Below are positions 1 to 8,650 of a DNA stretch of 64,000 nt, one piece after another. Each line of letters starts with the position of its first letter. Position 1 is the stretch's first letter. The stretch is from contig JAFDMF010000001.1 in assembly GCA_019306065.1 (NCBI GenBank), positions 85,244 to 149,243 on the forward strand. The letters are read 5' to 3'. The DNA comes from Deltaproteobacteria bacterium. GTDB taxonomy: Bacteria > Desulfobacterota > Desulfobacteria > Desulfobacterales > JAFDMD01. Below the pieces are notes generated by a model. The model was not told where the DNA came from. It saw nothing but the letters and a program-made list of their open reading frames with translations, and searched no databases. The position numbers were made by a program, and so were the translations under genes.

Positions 1-1
1 A

Positions 2-802
2 GAAAGCAGATATACGAGTCAATCGGTTATTAATCCTAATACTGCATCAAAATTTGAATATAATCTTTACATAGGTCCCAAAAACATAGAAGTATTAAAA
101 GGCGCTGGACACAATTTGGAAAAAGCGGTTAACTTTGGCATGCTCGATTTTATTGTAAAGCCGTGTAGATGGCTTTTAAACGCAATATATGGCGTAATTC
201 CGAACTATGGAATAGCGATTATAATTTTGACTCTAATTACCAAAATGGTATTATGGCCTCTTGGAACCAAAAGCTATAAGTCTATGAATAAAATGAAAAA
301 AATACAGCCTCTTATGATGCAGATAAAAGAAAAATACAAACATGACAAGCAAAGGATGAACGCGGAGGTTATGAATTTATATAAAACATATAAAGTAAAC
401 CCCGCAGGAGGCTGCCTGCCTATGATACTTCAGATACCAATATTTTTTGCTTTGTATCGTATGCTTTATCAGATGATAGAATTAAGGCATGCTCCTTTTT
501 TTTTATGGATTGGCGATCTATCCGCTCCGGATAGACTTTTTCGTTTCGGCTTTTCAATCCCCTTCATGACAGAGCCTTATGGAATACCTGTGCTTACCAT
601 TATAATGGGCGTTTCGATGTTTTTACAGCAAAGGATGAGCCCGCCCCCAGGAGATCCGAGTCAGGCAAAAATTATGTTATTTTTACCGATTATTTTTACT
701 GTTCTTTTTATAAATTTTTCTTCGGGACTTGTTTTATATTGGCTTGTCAACAACTTGGCGTCAATGGGACAACAATATTATATTTCAAAAAAATATGTTT
801 AA
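2..802 (+). CDS. yidC: Membrane protein insertase YidC, C-terminal part (5' end lies upstream of window)
   Basis: Frame is open from base 2 (..LYIGPKNIEVLKGAG..) into ORF 116..802. Insertase core motifs present: YGIAIIILTLITKMVLWPL, NPAGGCLPMILQIPIFFALY, LYWLVNNL. yidC-jag-mnmE synteny. Confidence 0.9.
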   Translation, partial: ESRYTSQSVINPNTASKFEYNLYIGPKNIEVLKGAGHNLEKAVNFGMLDFIVKPCRWLLNAIYGVIPNYGIAIIILTLITKMVLWPLGTKSYKSMNKMKKIQPLMMQIKEKYKHDKQRMNAEVMNLYKTYKVNPAGGCLPMILQIPIFFALYRMLYQMIELRHAPFFLWIGDLSAPDRLFRFGFSIPFMTEPYGIPVLTIIMGVSMFLQQRMSPPPGDPSQAKIMLFLPIIFTVLFINFSSGLVLYWLVNNLASMGQQYYISKKYV

Positions 803-856
803 AATCCTTTGAAATCGAAAAAAACAACAGGAAATGTGAGGATAGGAGGTTATTTA

Positions 857-1657
857 ATGAAATCTCATCTGGAATTCGAAGCTAAGAATATGGAACGGGC
901 TATAGAGAAAGCCTGCATTGAGCTTGGCGTATCAAAAAAAGAATTAAAATATGACGTAATTTCTTATGGTTCCAGCGGAATATTTGGAATCGTAGGGGCA
1001 AAGAATGCAAAAATATGCGTGAAAAAAAAGATAACGGCAGATTCAAACAGCATTGTTGACGAAATATTTAACGATCAAAAATCGGGGGATAGAACCGATG
1101 AGGCCGAAACCATAGATAATGACAAGCTTTCCGAACAAATAGTCGAAACTCTTGAAGAGATAGATATCGACTATGACTTGTTATTAAAAACAGGAACCGA
1201 AACTCTTGAAAAAATTGTTTTTTTAATAACAGATGAGGCTAAAATAAATTCTTCAATTAAAGATAACAGCCTCTTTTTTGATATAACCTGCAGCGCTCCC
1301 TCTTCGTTGATAGGGCGAAAAGGCAGAACTCTGGAGGCTATAGATTATCTTATTGAAAAAATTTTAAACAAAAAACAGAAAAATAGAATCCACAGTCAAA
1401 TAGACGTAGAAGGTTATTTGGAAAAAAGAAAAGAAAAATTAATATCTTCCGCTCTGCATTTGGCTGAAAAAGCAAAACGTTTGAAAAAACCTATGTCTAT
1501 GGGTGAAATCTCTTTTAATGACAGGCGATACCTTCATATACTTTTAAAAAAGGATAACGGAGTTAAAACTCGCAGTGTAGGCAACGGTCATTATAAAAAA
1601 CTGATTATATTTCCGCAAAACGGAATCGAAGAAAAAAAGGATGCCGAAAACGAATAA
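857..1657 (+). CDS. jag: Jag/KhpB-type RNA-binding protein (Jag_N + KH + R3H)
   Basis: ATG at 857 is preceded by GGAGG (845-849). N-terminus MKSHLEFEAKNMERAIEKACIELGV is Jag_N-like, and the C-terminus (LIGRKGRTLEAIDYL .. NDRRYLHILL) is KH/R3H-like. Sits between yidC and mnmE. Confidence 0.8.
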   Translation: MKSHLEFEAKNMERAIEKACIELGVSKKELKYDVISYGSSGIFGIVGAKNAKICVKKKITADSNSIVDEIFNDQKSGDRTDEAETIDNDKLSEQIVETLEEIDIDYDLLLKTGTETLEKIVFLITDEAKINSSIKDNSLFFDITCSAPSSLIGRKGRTLEAIDYLIEKILNKKQKNRIHSQIDVEGYLEKRKEKLISSALHLAEKAKRLKKPMSMGEISFNDRRYLHILLKKDNGVKTRSVGNGHYKKLIIFPQNGIEEKKDAENE

Positions 1658-3056
1658 TGAAACTATCGCCGCTATAGCCACCCCTTCCGGCAGAGGCGGT
1701 ATAGGAATTGTAAGAATTTCTGGTATAAAAGCTTTATCCGTTGCAAAAAAGATATTTTTTGTTCCGCAAAAAAAAAACAAAAAATCGGAATTATTGCAAA
1801 GAAAAAGCTTTGTATCCCGCAAAATGTATTATGGATTTATATTAAATCCGGATAATAAAAAAATAATAGACGAAGTTTTATTCGTTTATATGAAAGCGCC
1901 TAATTCTTATACAAAAGAGGATATAGTTGAAATCCATACTCACGGAGGAACCTCAGCCTCGAAATCGGTTTTAAATCTCATATTAAATTACGGAATAAAA
2001 ACGGCTTCTCCGGGAGAATTTACAAAAAGAGCATTTTTAAACGGAAGAATAGATTTAACTCAAGCGGAAGCGGTTATTGATATAATCAACGCTTCTAATT
2101 CAAAGGCGCTTTATTTTGCCGCGTCTCAGTCGGCTGGCAGCCTTAAAGAAAAAACCGATAAAGTTTCAGATAAAATAAAGGCGGTTTTATCTGAAATAGA
2201 GGCTGCAATTGATTTTTTAGATGATTTGGAAGATGATTTAAATGCTTCGGCTTTAATTGATTCTATAAATAAAATAATAAAAGATGAAATATCTCCTATA
2301 ATCGAATTTTATGAAAATGCTTCTTTTTATAGAGACGGATACACTATTGCTATAGCTGGACGCCCTAATGTAGGCAAATCCAGCCTTTTAAACCGATTTG
2401 TCCGGACTCAAAAAGCTATAGTTACAGATATACCCGGAACAACAAGAGACATAATAGAGGTTAGAATTAATTTTTCGGAAATCCCTTTGATATTAGCCGA
2501 TACGGCAGGAATTCATACTTCGGAAAATCCCGTAGAAATAATCGGTATAAAAAGAACAAAAGAATACCTTAAAAACGCCGATTTAACCCTTTTTTTATTA
2601 GACGTGTCAGCGCCTTTATCCGACGAAGATTTTGAAATCTACGAGACCCTTAAAAATCGAAACCATATAATCGTAATCAATAAAATAGATATTGCAAAAC
2701 AGGATATACTGATTGAAATTAAAAAAAAAATTAGCAAATCGGTTGTAGTCGAAATATCTTCTTTGTATAATACGGGAATAACCGCGCTTAAAAATGTGAT
2801 TATAGAATATATAAGCAGTTTTGATAATAAAGGTAATGAAAACTCAATTCTTATTAATATGCGGCAGAAAAAAGAATTACAGAATGCCGCGGAAGCTTTA
2901 AAAAGAGGAGTTACAGGATTAAAAAATAACGGTTATCTGGAGACAATATCCATAGAATTAAAAGAAGCTTTACAGTCTCTTGGGAATATATCAGGGGCTT
3001 TGATAAGCGAAGATGTTTTGGATCGAATCTTTGCCGATTTTTGTATCGGCAAATAA
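1641..3056 (+). CDS. mnmE: tRNA modification GTPase MnmE (TrmE)
   Basis: IAAIATPSGRGGIGIVRISG N-terminus, G-domain GRPNVGKSSLLN / DTAGI, and the characteristic C-terminal FCIGK. Confidence 0.93.
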   Translation: MPKTNNETIAAIATPSGRGGIGIVRISGIKALSVAKKIFFVPQKKNKKSELLQRKSFVSRKMYYGFILNPDNKKIIDEVLFVYMKAPNSYTKEDIVEIHTHGGTSASKSVLNLILNYGIKTASPGEFTKRAFLNGRIDLTQAEAVIDIINASNSKALYFAASQSAGSLKEKTDKVSDKIKAVLSEIEAAIDFLDDLEDDLNASALIDSINKIIKDEISPIIEFYENASFYRDGYTIAIAGRPNVGKSSLLNRFVRTQKAIVTDIPGTTRDIIEVRINFSEIPLILADTAGIHTSENPVEIIGIKRTKEYLKNADLTLFLLDVSAPLSDEDFEIYETLKNRNHIIVINKIDIAKQDILIEIKKKISKSVVVEISSLYNTGITALKNVIIEYISSFDNKGNENSILINMRQKKELQNAAEALKRGVTGLKNNGYLETISIELKEALQSLGNISGALISEDVLDRIFADFCIGK

Positions 3057-3187
3057 TCCGCTTTAAAAAGTGAAAATTTTTATTACCGTCGGAAGCTATT
3101 TGTAGCTGAATTTTATAACGCTTATTAACTTCAAATAATTGGTAAACCAACTATATAACCCCCAAACTATATAAAAAGGAGGGGATT

Positions 3188-3719
3188 ATGAAATGCCCGC
3201 ATTGCGATACGGCGATAAGCGTAACTTGGACGAAATATTTTATTTATGAAGATAAAGAAGAAATAGAAGCCTACAACATTGAGGCAGGGAAAGAGATTAG
3301 ATACGGTATCATAAATTAATTATATTGTTAGTATCTTCAAGCTTTATAGGAAAATACTCGGACGAATTAGGACGTGTTTGTGGACATCATATAAAAAAGA
3401 TTCCTCATATAATTCAGTGATTATATTTTCTAAATTTAGTATAAAAACCATATCTCCCGAAGTTCCGGAAAAATATGCTAAAGATTATAAAGAAGCATCG
3501 GCCATATTGGATATTAGTCCAAAAGCGAGCGCCGCTATGAGCAGACGAATATTACAAACAATATTAAGCGTCGAAAACGGCGAAGCCGAGTGGTCATTAG
3601 AAACGCTTGACACGTTATTCAATTTTGCATTTATTCAACCTGCAACAATAGAAGCTCGAAACGAAAAATTAAATGATAAACTCATAAAAATTGGGAAAAA
3701 GACTTGGAGCAATTTATAA
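3188..3719 (+). pseudogene. Degraded DUF4145-family gene (zinc-ribbon N-terminus and DUF4145 core in separate fragments)
   Basis: A 43-codon ORF at 3188..3319 (MKCPHCDTAISV.., good SD AAGGAGG) ends in TAA. A second ORF at 3378..3719 has PEVPEKYAKDYKEASAILDISPKASAAMSRRILQ, typical of DUF4145, but lacks the central part of the domain. Confidence 0.55.
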
Positions 3720-3862
3720 GATTTGCTTTTAGATGTGTTAGTTTGGTTTATTAATAATGCGGTTTAGGCTTGTCGTCGTATAATGTTTCACGTGAAACTC
3801 TGCTTCATAAAAAAAATAACTTTCTATCTATACAAATAAATATTATAATAAAATATAACAAT

Positions 3863-4438
3863 ATGAAACTTCAATTACAGCTTAAATCCAAAACCTTTAA
3901 GAACATACCGATAAGAAAAAATAAAGAAAAATTTTATAAAGAAGCCTCTGTTTTTCTTTTAATCTTTTATCAAGATAACATCCCGTATATTTTAAGTATA
4001 TTAAAATCGGATAACAAAGGCTATCTTTGGAAAAATCAGATAGCCCTGCCCGGAGGCATTCTTGACCCGGATGATAAAAACAGCTTGGAAGCCGCATACC
4101 GAGAAGTTAAAGAAGAGATTAACATCTCAAAAAAAGATATTAATTTCATATCTTCCATTGGATATTATAAAACCATAAACCAAATAGATATTCAGGCATT
4201 TATAGGTTTCTGGAAACAGGAGAGCAGGCTTATATATGATAAAAAAGAGATAGCGAAAATAATTAAAATTCCTATTTATGATCTGATTGATACGCATAAA
4301 AAAAATAATTTTGAAGAACGCGAGCTTGATATATTCGAACTTATATATCCGTATAAAAAATTTGAAGTCTGGGGAGTTACTGCAAGAATTTTTTATGTGT
4401 TTTTAAATGCGGTTATAAGAACCGCCTCTTTTACTTGA
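3863..4438 (+). CDS. NUDIX hydrolase (CoA pyrophosphatase-like)
   Basis: Nudix box LPGGILDPDDKNSLEAAYREVKEEINI. An internal ATG at 3863 is preferred over the 3770 extension. Confidence 0.75.
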   Translation: MKLQLQLKSKTFKNIPIRKNKEKFYKEASVFLLIFYQDNIPYILSILKSDNKGYLWKNQIALPGGILDPDDKNSLEAAYREVKEEINISKKDINFISSIGYYKTINQIDIQAFIGFWKQESRLIYDKKEIAKIIKIPIYDLIDTHKKNNFEERELDIFELIYPYKKFEVWGVTARIFYVFLNAVIRTASFT

Positions 4439-4444
4439 GGTTAC

Positions 4445-4481
4445 GGTGGATTAAAATTTTTATCCAACGCTTAAAATCAAG
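4445..4481 (+). repeat. Partial copy of dispersed repeat family R1 (AAAATTTTTATCC module), 7 nt after the NUDIX stop
   Basis: ggtggattaaaatttttatccaacgcttaaaatcaag aligns with 40751-40781 (ggtaaaatttttatccgccttgagctcaag). Confidence 0.6.
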
Positions 4482-4511
4482 TAAAATAAGGCGGTTTTCT
4501 ACAGAAACCAA

Positions 4512-5525
4512 TCAGCAAATTCTCGGCAGCTGTTCTCCCAAAGGCATATCTATTATTCTTGTTCCGCCTATTTTGGTTTCCATAATAACTTTGCCCGGAT
4601 GATCTAAAACCGCCTCTCCTATAATAACCGCATCTTGTCCGAGTTTATCCCTTTTAATCTCTGCAAGTATTTTGTCTGCATCCTGTTTGACTACAAATAT
4701 TATAAATTTTCCCTCGTTAGCTATATAAAGAGGATCAAGCCCAAGCATTTCGCAGATTCCGGCAGCCTCCTTTTTTACAGGGATTTTATCTTCGTATATT
4801 TTTATTCCTATTTTGGACTGAATCGCTATTTCGTTTAAAACCGCGGATACTCCGCCTCTTGTAGGATCTCGTAAGGTGTGAATATTATTAGATACAGAAA
4901 CAATTTTTTCCACTATTTTATTTAACGCTGCAGAATCGCTTTTTAAGTTTGTATCAAAGCTTATACCCTTTCTCTGAGTTAAAATTGTTACTCCATGATC
5001 TGCTATTGTGCCGCTTAATATTATTTTATCTCCTGGCGCGGCATTATGCCCTGATATATTTATGTTTTTCGGAATAAAGCCTATTCCTGCGGTATTTATA
5101 AATATTTTATCCGCAGCCCCTTTTGGAACCACTTTTGTATCTCCTGTTACGATTTTTACTCCGGCTTTATTTGCGGCTTTGCTCATACTTTGAGCTATTT
5201 TTTTTAAATCGGATATTAAAAAGCCTTCTTCTATTATAAGAGCAGCACTAAGATAAAGAGGGGCGGCTCCGCACATAGATATATCGTTTACCGTTCCGTT
5301 TACCGATAAATCTCCTATATTGCCTCCGGGAAAAAAGATCGGATCTACTGTATAAGAATCTGTAGAGAATGCGATTTTTTCTCCTTTTATATTAAGAGAT
5401 GCTCCGTCGTCTAATTTTGATAAGCAGGGGTTGTCAAATGAAGGGAGGATTATTTCCGATATTAGATTATAAGAAAGTTTGCCTCCGCCTCCGTGATCCT
5501 GCGTTATTATGTCAGATTTATTCAT
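4512..5525 (-). CDS. hypE: Hydrogenase maturation protein HypE
   Basis: 337 aa with an AIR-synthase-like fold signature and the diagnostic C-terminal PRIC motif. Confidence 0.93.
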   Translation of the reverse strand: MNKSDIITQDHGGGGKLSYNLISEIILPSFDNPCLSKLDDGASLNIKGEKIAFSTDSYTVDPIFFPGGNIGDLSVNGTVNDISMCGAAPLYLSAALIIEEGFLISDLKKIAQSMSKAANKAGVKIVTGDTKVVPKGAADKIFINTAGIGFIPKNINISGHNAAPGDKIILSGTIADHGVTILTQRKGISFDTNLKSDSAALNKIVEKIVSVSNNIHTLRDPTRGGVSAVLNEIAIQSKIGIKIYEDKIPVKKEAAGICEMLGLDPLYIANEGKFIIFVVKQDADKILAEIKRDKLGQDAVIIGEAVLDHPGKVIMETKIGGTRIIDMPLGEQLPRIC

Positions 5526-5587
5526 AGTTTTATTTCCTTGTCGAAAATATTATTAATTTTTTATAGTTATATTTGAGAAATTTGGAA

Positions 5588-5783
5588 AGTAGAGAGGTTG
5601 CATGCAACATCTCTATGGATTTTATTTTGAATCATAGCCTATCTATTTTTTTCCTGTCATTTCGACCGAAGGGAGAAATCTTTTTATTATTTCCTTTTAA
5701 CCCGTCTCCGTTCTCCCGCTCCATTCTTTTTTGTGTCTAAATTTTTTAAACGTAGAAAACGGGCAAACTACGAAGTTATGCAG
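5588..5783. repeat. Mosaic of three dispersed repeat modules filling the hypE-hypD spacer
   Basis: GCATGC-centred hairpin module at 5591-5614 (agagaggttgcatgcaacatctct). GTCATTTCGA..GAGAAATC module at 5652-5681. R1 module at 5733-5783 in minus orientation (rc: ctgcataacttcgtagtttgcccgttt..). Confidence 0.85.
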
Positions 5784-5789
5784 CAGAGT

Positions 5790-6875
5790 TTACTCAAAAT
5801 ATTTAAAATACGCCGCGCAAGTCCCCTCGCTTGATACCATACAAGGTCCTATAGGGTTTATAGGATTACATATTTTTTTATAAAGCGGACATTCCGTCGG
5901 ACGCATTATGCCTTGTAGAATCTGCCCGCAAGAACAACCTTTAGGCTCTTTTAGGGCATCTGTTGTTTTTATATCAAACTTTTTTTCGGCGTCAAAATTC
6001 GCAAACTGCCGGTTTATTTTAACCCCGCTATTTTTTATTATTCCTATTCCGCGCCATTTGGCGTCTGTTTTATAAAAAACTTTTGCAATCAGCTCTTGGG
6101 CTTTTTTATTGCCTTCAAAAGATACCGCGCGCTCGTAAGCGTTTTGAAGTTTATAAGAATTTGTTTCGATCTGTTTTATAAGCATAAGAATGGCGTTAAG
6201 TAGATCAACAGGTTCAAAGCCGGCTATTACCGATGGTATTTTATAATTATTAAAAAAGGAAAGGTAGGCGCAAACACCTATTACCATAGATACGTGTCCG
6301 GGAAGTATAAATCCGTTAATATCCGTGTTGTTATCCGCCATTAAAGCCGAAAGAGCGGGCGGAACGGTTTTATGGGCTGAATAAACAAAATAGTTTTTAA
6401 CGCTTGTTTCTTTTGCAAATATTATGGAGCCTGCTATTGCGGGCGCTGTTGTTTCAAATCCTACCCCTAAAAATATAATTTTTTTATTCGGATTTTCGGC
6501 AGCGAGATTAACCGCGTCTATAGGAGAGGATACTACTTGAATATTTTTGCCGGCAGCTCCTGCTTTTTGAAGCGAGGATTTGCTTCCCGGCACTCTTATA
6601 AGGTCTCCGAAGGTTGCTATAATAACATTTTTTATATTTGCAAGTTCTATAAATGCATCTATTTCGTTTACAGGTGTAACGCATACTGGGCATCCCGGAC
6701 CGGATATAAGGGTTATTTTATCCGGCAAAACGTTTCTTATTCCGTTTTTAAATATGGATGTTGTATGTGTTCCGCATACCTCCATTAGTCTGATTTTTTT
6801 TTTGCATCTTTTTTTTATTTCGGATGCTATTTTTTTTGAAATTTCAGGATTGCGGTATTCTTCTATATGTTTCAT
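5790..6875 (-). CDS. hypD: Hydrogenase maturation protein HypD
   Basis: MKHIEEYRNPE.., MEVCGTHT, GPGCPVCV and FETT motifs. Confidence 0.93.
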   Translation of the reverse strand: MKHIEEYRNPEISKKIASEIKKRCKKKIRLMEVCGTHTTSIFKNGIRNVLPDKITLISGPGCPVCVTPVNEIDAFIELANIKNVIIATFGDLIRVPGSKSSLQKAGAAGKNIQVVSSPIDAVNLAAENPNKKIIFLGVGFETTAPAIAGSIIFAKETSVKNYFVYSAHKTVPPALSALMADNNTDINGFILPGHVSMVIGVCAYLSFFNNYKIPSVIAGFEPVDLLNAILMLIKQIETNSYKLQNAYERAVSFEGNKKAQELIAKVFYKTDAKWRGIGIIKNSGVKINRQFANFDAEKKFDIKTTDALKEPKGCSCGQILQGIMRPTECPLYKKICNPINPIGPCMVSSEGTCAAYFKYFE

Positions 6876-7039
6876 CAGCCTCCGTATATTTTCTATTCAA
6901 GAATTATCTTTAGTACTTCTTTCAAGCATGTTTCAGAATTTTTTTCTATATTCAACATTCGTTCGATAGAGTTCATATCATATTACCTTATCACTCCGTA
7001 TTCTGCTATCTGTTTTTTGGCTTTCTCGGCGGCTTCGCT

Positions 7040-7168
7040 TCAATGACCCCAAATTATATAGTTTTCATTCATTTCATAATCAGCGTTGTTCGGAAGCCCT
7101 TTTTTATTCAGTTCCGACAAGTTAATGCCGTATTTTTTCTCAAAAAAACGTATTTTACTCATAGCCAT
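7040..7168 (-). CDS. Small hypothetical protein (42 aa to the first TGA); the frame continues plausibly after the TGA
   Basis: MAMSKIRFFEKKYGINLSELNKKGLPNNADYEMNENYIIWGH-TGA-SEAAEKAKKQIAEYGVIR. The ORF-track start at 7237 overlaps the htrA 3' end, so the internal ATG at 7168 is used. Confidence 0.3.
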   Translation of the reverse strand: MAMSKIRFFEKKYGINLSELNKKGLPNNADYEMNENYIIWGH

Positions 7169-7211
7169 AAAAAGCCGTTTATCCAGATCAGTAAAACGGA
7201 AGACAACGCCG

Positions 7212-8576
7212 TTAACGAGACAATCTGACCGTAACATAATAAAACTGTCGATCTCTTTGAATTAAAACCACTACTGTATCTTTTGTTCTATACTTTACAA
7301 CCGCTTTATAAAAATTTTTTTTATTATCAATGGTATTTTCGTCAATCTGGCGGATTATATCCCCTTGTCTAGCGCCTATTTTCGCAAGATATGAATTCGG
7401 ATTTATTTTCATTATTTCAACCCCTTTTATTTCATTTCGATCTGCTATCCGTATTCCGAAAAGCGAAAGGGATAATTCCTGTGCAAAATTTTTTGGAAAA
7501 GCTTTTATTTTTATAGATACGGTTTTTATTTTTTTATTTCGCAGTATCTCAAGTTTAATAATATCTCCAGCAGAATGCTCTTTTATAAAGGATGTATAAT
7601 CAATTATCGAAGAGGCGCTATTTCCGTCTATTTTTTTAATAATATCGCCTTCTTTAATGCCGGCTTCAAAAGCGGGGCTCTTTTTTTCCACTGCTTTAAT
7701 CAAAACCCCGCTGTTTTTAGGAATACCGAAATATTTTGCAGTCTCCGCGTCTATATCCTGAACAATTATGCCAGTCCACGCAGGAATCACTTCGCCGTGA
7801 AGAATTAAATCGGATATAATTCTTTTTGCCGTATTAATAGGTATTGCAAATCCTATACCTTGGGCTTTTGCATAAATTGCGGTATTGATTCCTATAAGCT
7901 CTCCGTTGATATTAAGAAGAGGGCCCCCGCTGTTTCCCGGATTAATGGAGGCATCGGTTTGAATAAAATTATTAAAAACTCTGTCGTTTGTTTTTATGCT
8001 TCTTTTTAAGGCGCTTATTACGCCAGTAGTAACGGTATGGGAAAAACCAAAAGGATTTCCTATTGCTATTACGGTTTCACCTATCATCAGATTGTCGGAT
8101 GTTCCCATCTTAATGGAAGGAAGAATCTTTTTTGATTCAATATGAAGCACCGCTATATCCGAATCCGGATCCATTCCTATTACTCTTGCTTTAAATTCGT
8201 AGTTATCTTTTAAGGTAACCGTAATATTGCTTGTTTTTGAGATAACATGCGCGTTAGTAAGAATATAGCCTCGTTTTCCGTCTATAATTACTCCTGATCC
8301 TACGGAGCTTCTTTTAAAATTTTTTTCAAATCCGGGTTCAAAAAAATCTTTGAAAAAATTATCGAAAAAGGAATCAAAACCGCCTAATCCTCCAAAAGGA
8401 TTAGGCCTGGCTTTTACCGAGTATTCTACGCTTATATTTACTACCGCCAGACTTACCTTTTTCACCGCATTTACTACAGGAGTTTTTCTTTCATAAGATT
8501 GCCCGAAACATATGTAAGGAATAAGAATAGCCAAAAACGAAAAAAAACCCGTTAAAAAATATTTTTTTTTTGTCAT
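7212..8576 (-). CDS. htrA: Periplasmic serine protease, Do/DegP/HtrA family (trypsin domain + 2 PDZ)
   Basis: Signal peptide, catalytic-triad context (TNAHV, DIAVL, GNSGGPLLN) and two PDZ-like C-terminal segments. Confidence 0.9.
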   Translation of the reverse strand: MTKKKYFLTGFFSFLAILIPYICFGQSYERKTPVVNAVKKVSLAVVNISVEYSVKARPNPFGGLGGFDSFFDNFFKDFFEPGFEKNFKRSSVGSGVIIDGKRGYILTNAHVISKTSNITVTLKDNYEFKARVIGMDPDSDIAVLHIESKKILPSIKMGTSDNLMIGETVIAIGNPFGFSHTVTTGVISALKRSIKTNDRVFNNFIQTDASINPGNSGGPLLNINGELIGINTAIYAKAQGIGFAIPINTAKRIISDLILHGEVIPAWTGIIVQDIDAETAKYFGIPKNSGVLIKAVEKKSPAFEAGIKEGDIIKKIDGNSASSIIDYTSFIKEHSAGDIIKLEILRNKKIKTVSIKIKAFPKNFAQELSLSLFGIRIADRNEIKGVEIMKINPNSYLAKIGARQGDIIRQIDENTIDNKKNFYKAVVKYRTKDTVVVLIQRDRQFYYVTVRLSR

Positions 8577-8650
8577 GTTGTCATACTTACTTTTTTATAT
8601 TATAATTGTTTACTAAATACGAAAATAAAAAAAAACTTAAAATTGATAAC

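Noticed and set aside
809-856. N-terminal extensions offered by the ORF track: jag from 809, NUDIX from 3770, radical SAM from 8606, ssnA from 15595, glnB from 18667, UPF0175 from 21776, dehydratase from 22632, ade from 43695, clpB from 55634.
   Set aside because: In each case an internal ATG preceded by a GGAG-type SD matches the conserved family N-terminus. The extensions start at TTG or weak contexts and encode non-conserved or hydrophobic junk, or overlap upstream genes.
7040-7042. Selenocysteine recoding at the in-frame TGA codons of the two small ORFs (7040-7042 and 43384-43386)
   Set aside because: There is no SECIS-like stem-loop within about 40 nt downstream of either TGA and no redox CxxU-type context. 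TGA is used as an ordinary stop by many genes in the window.
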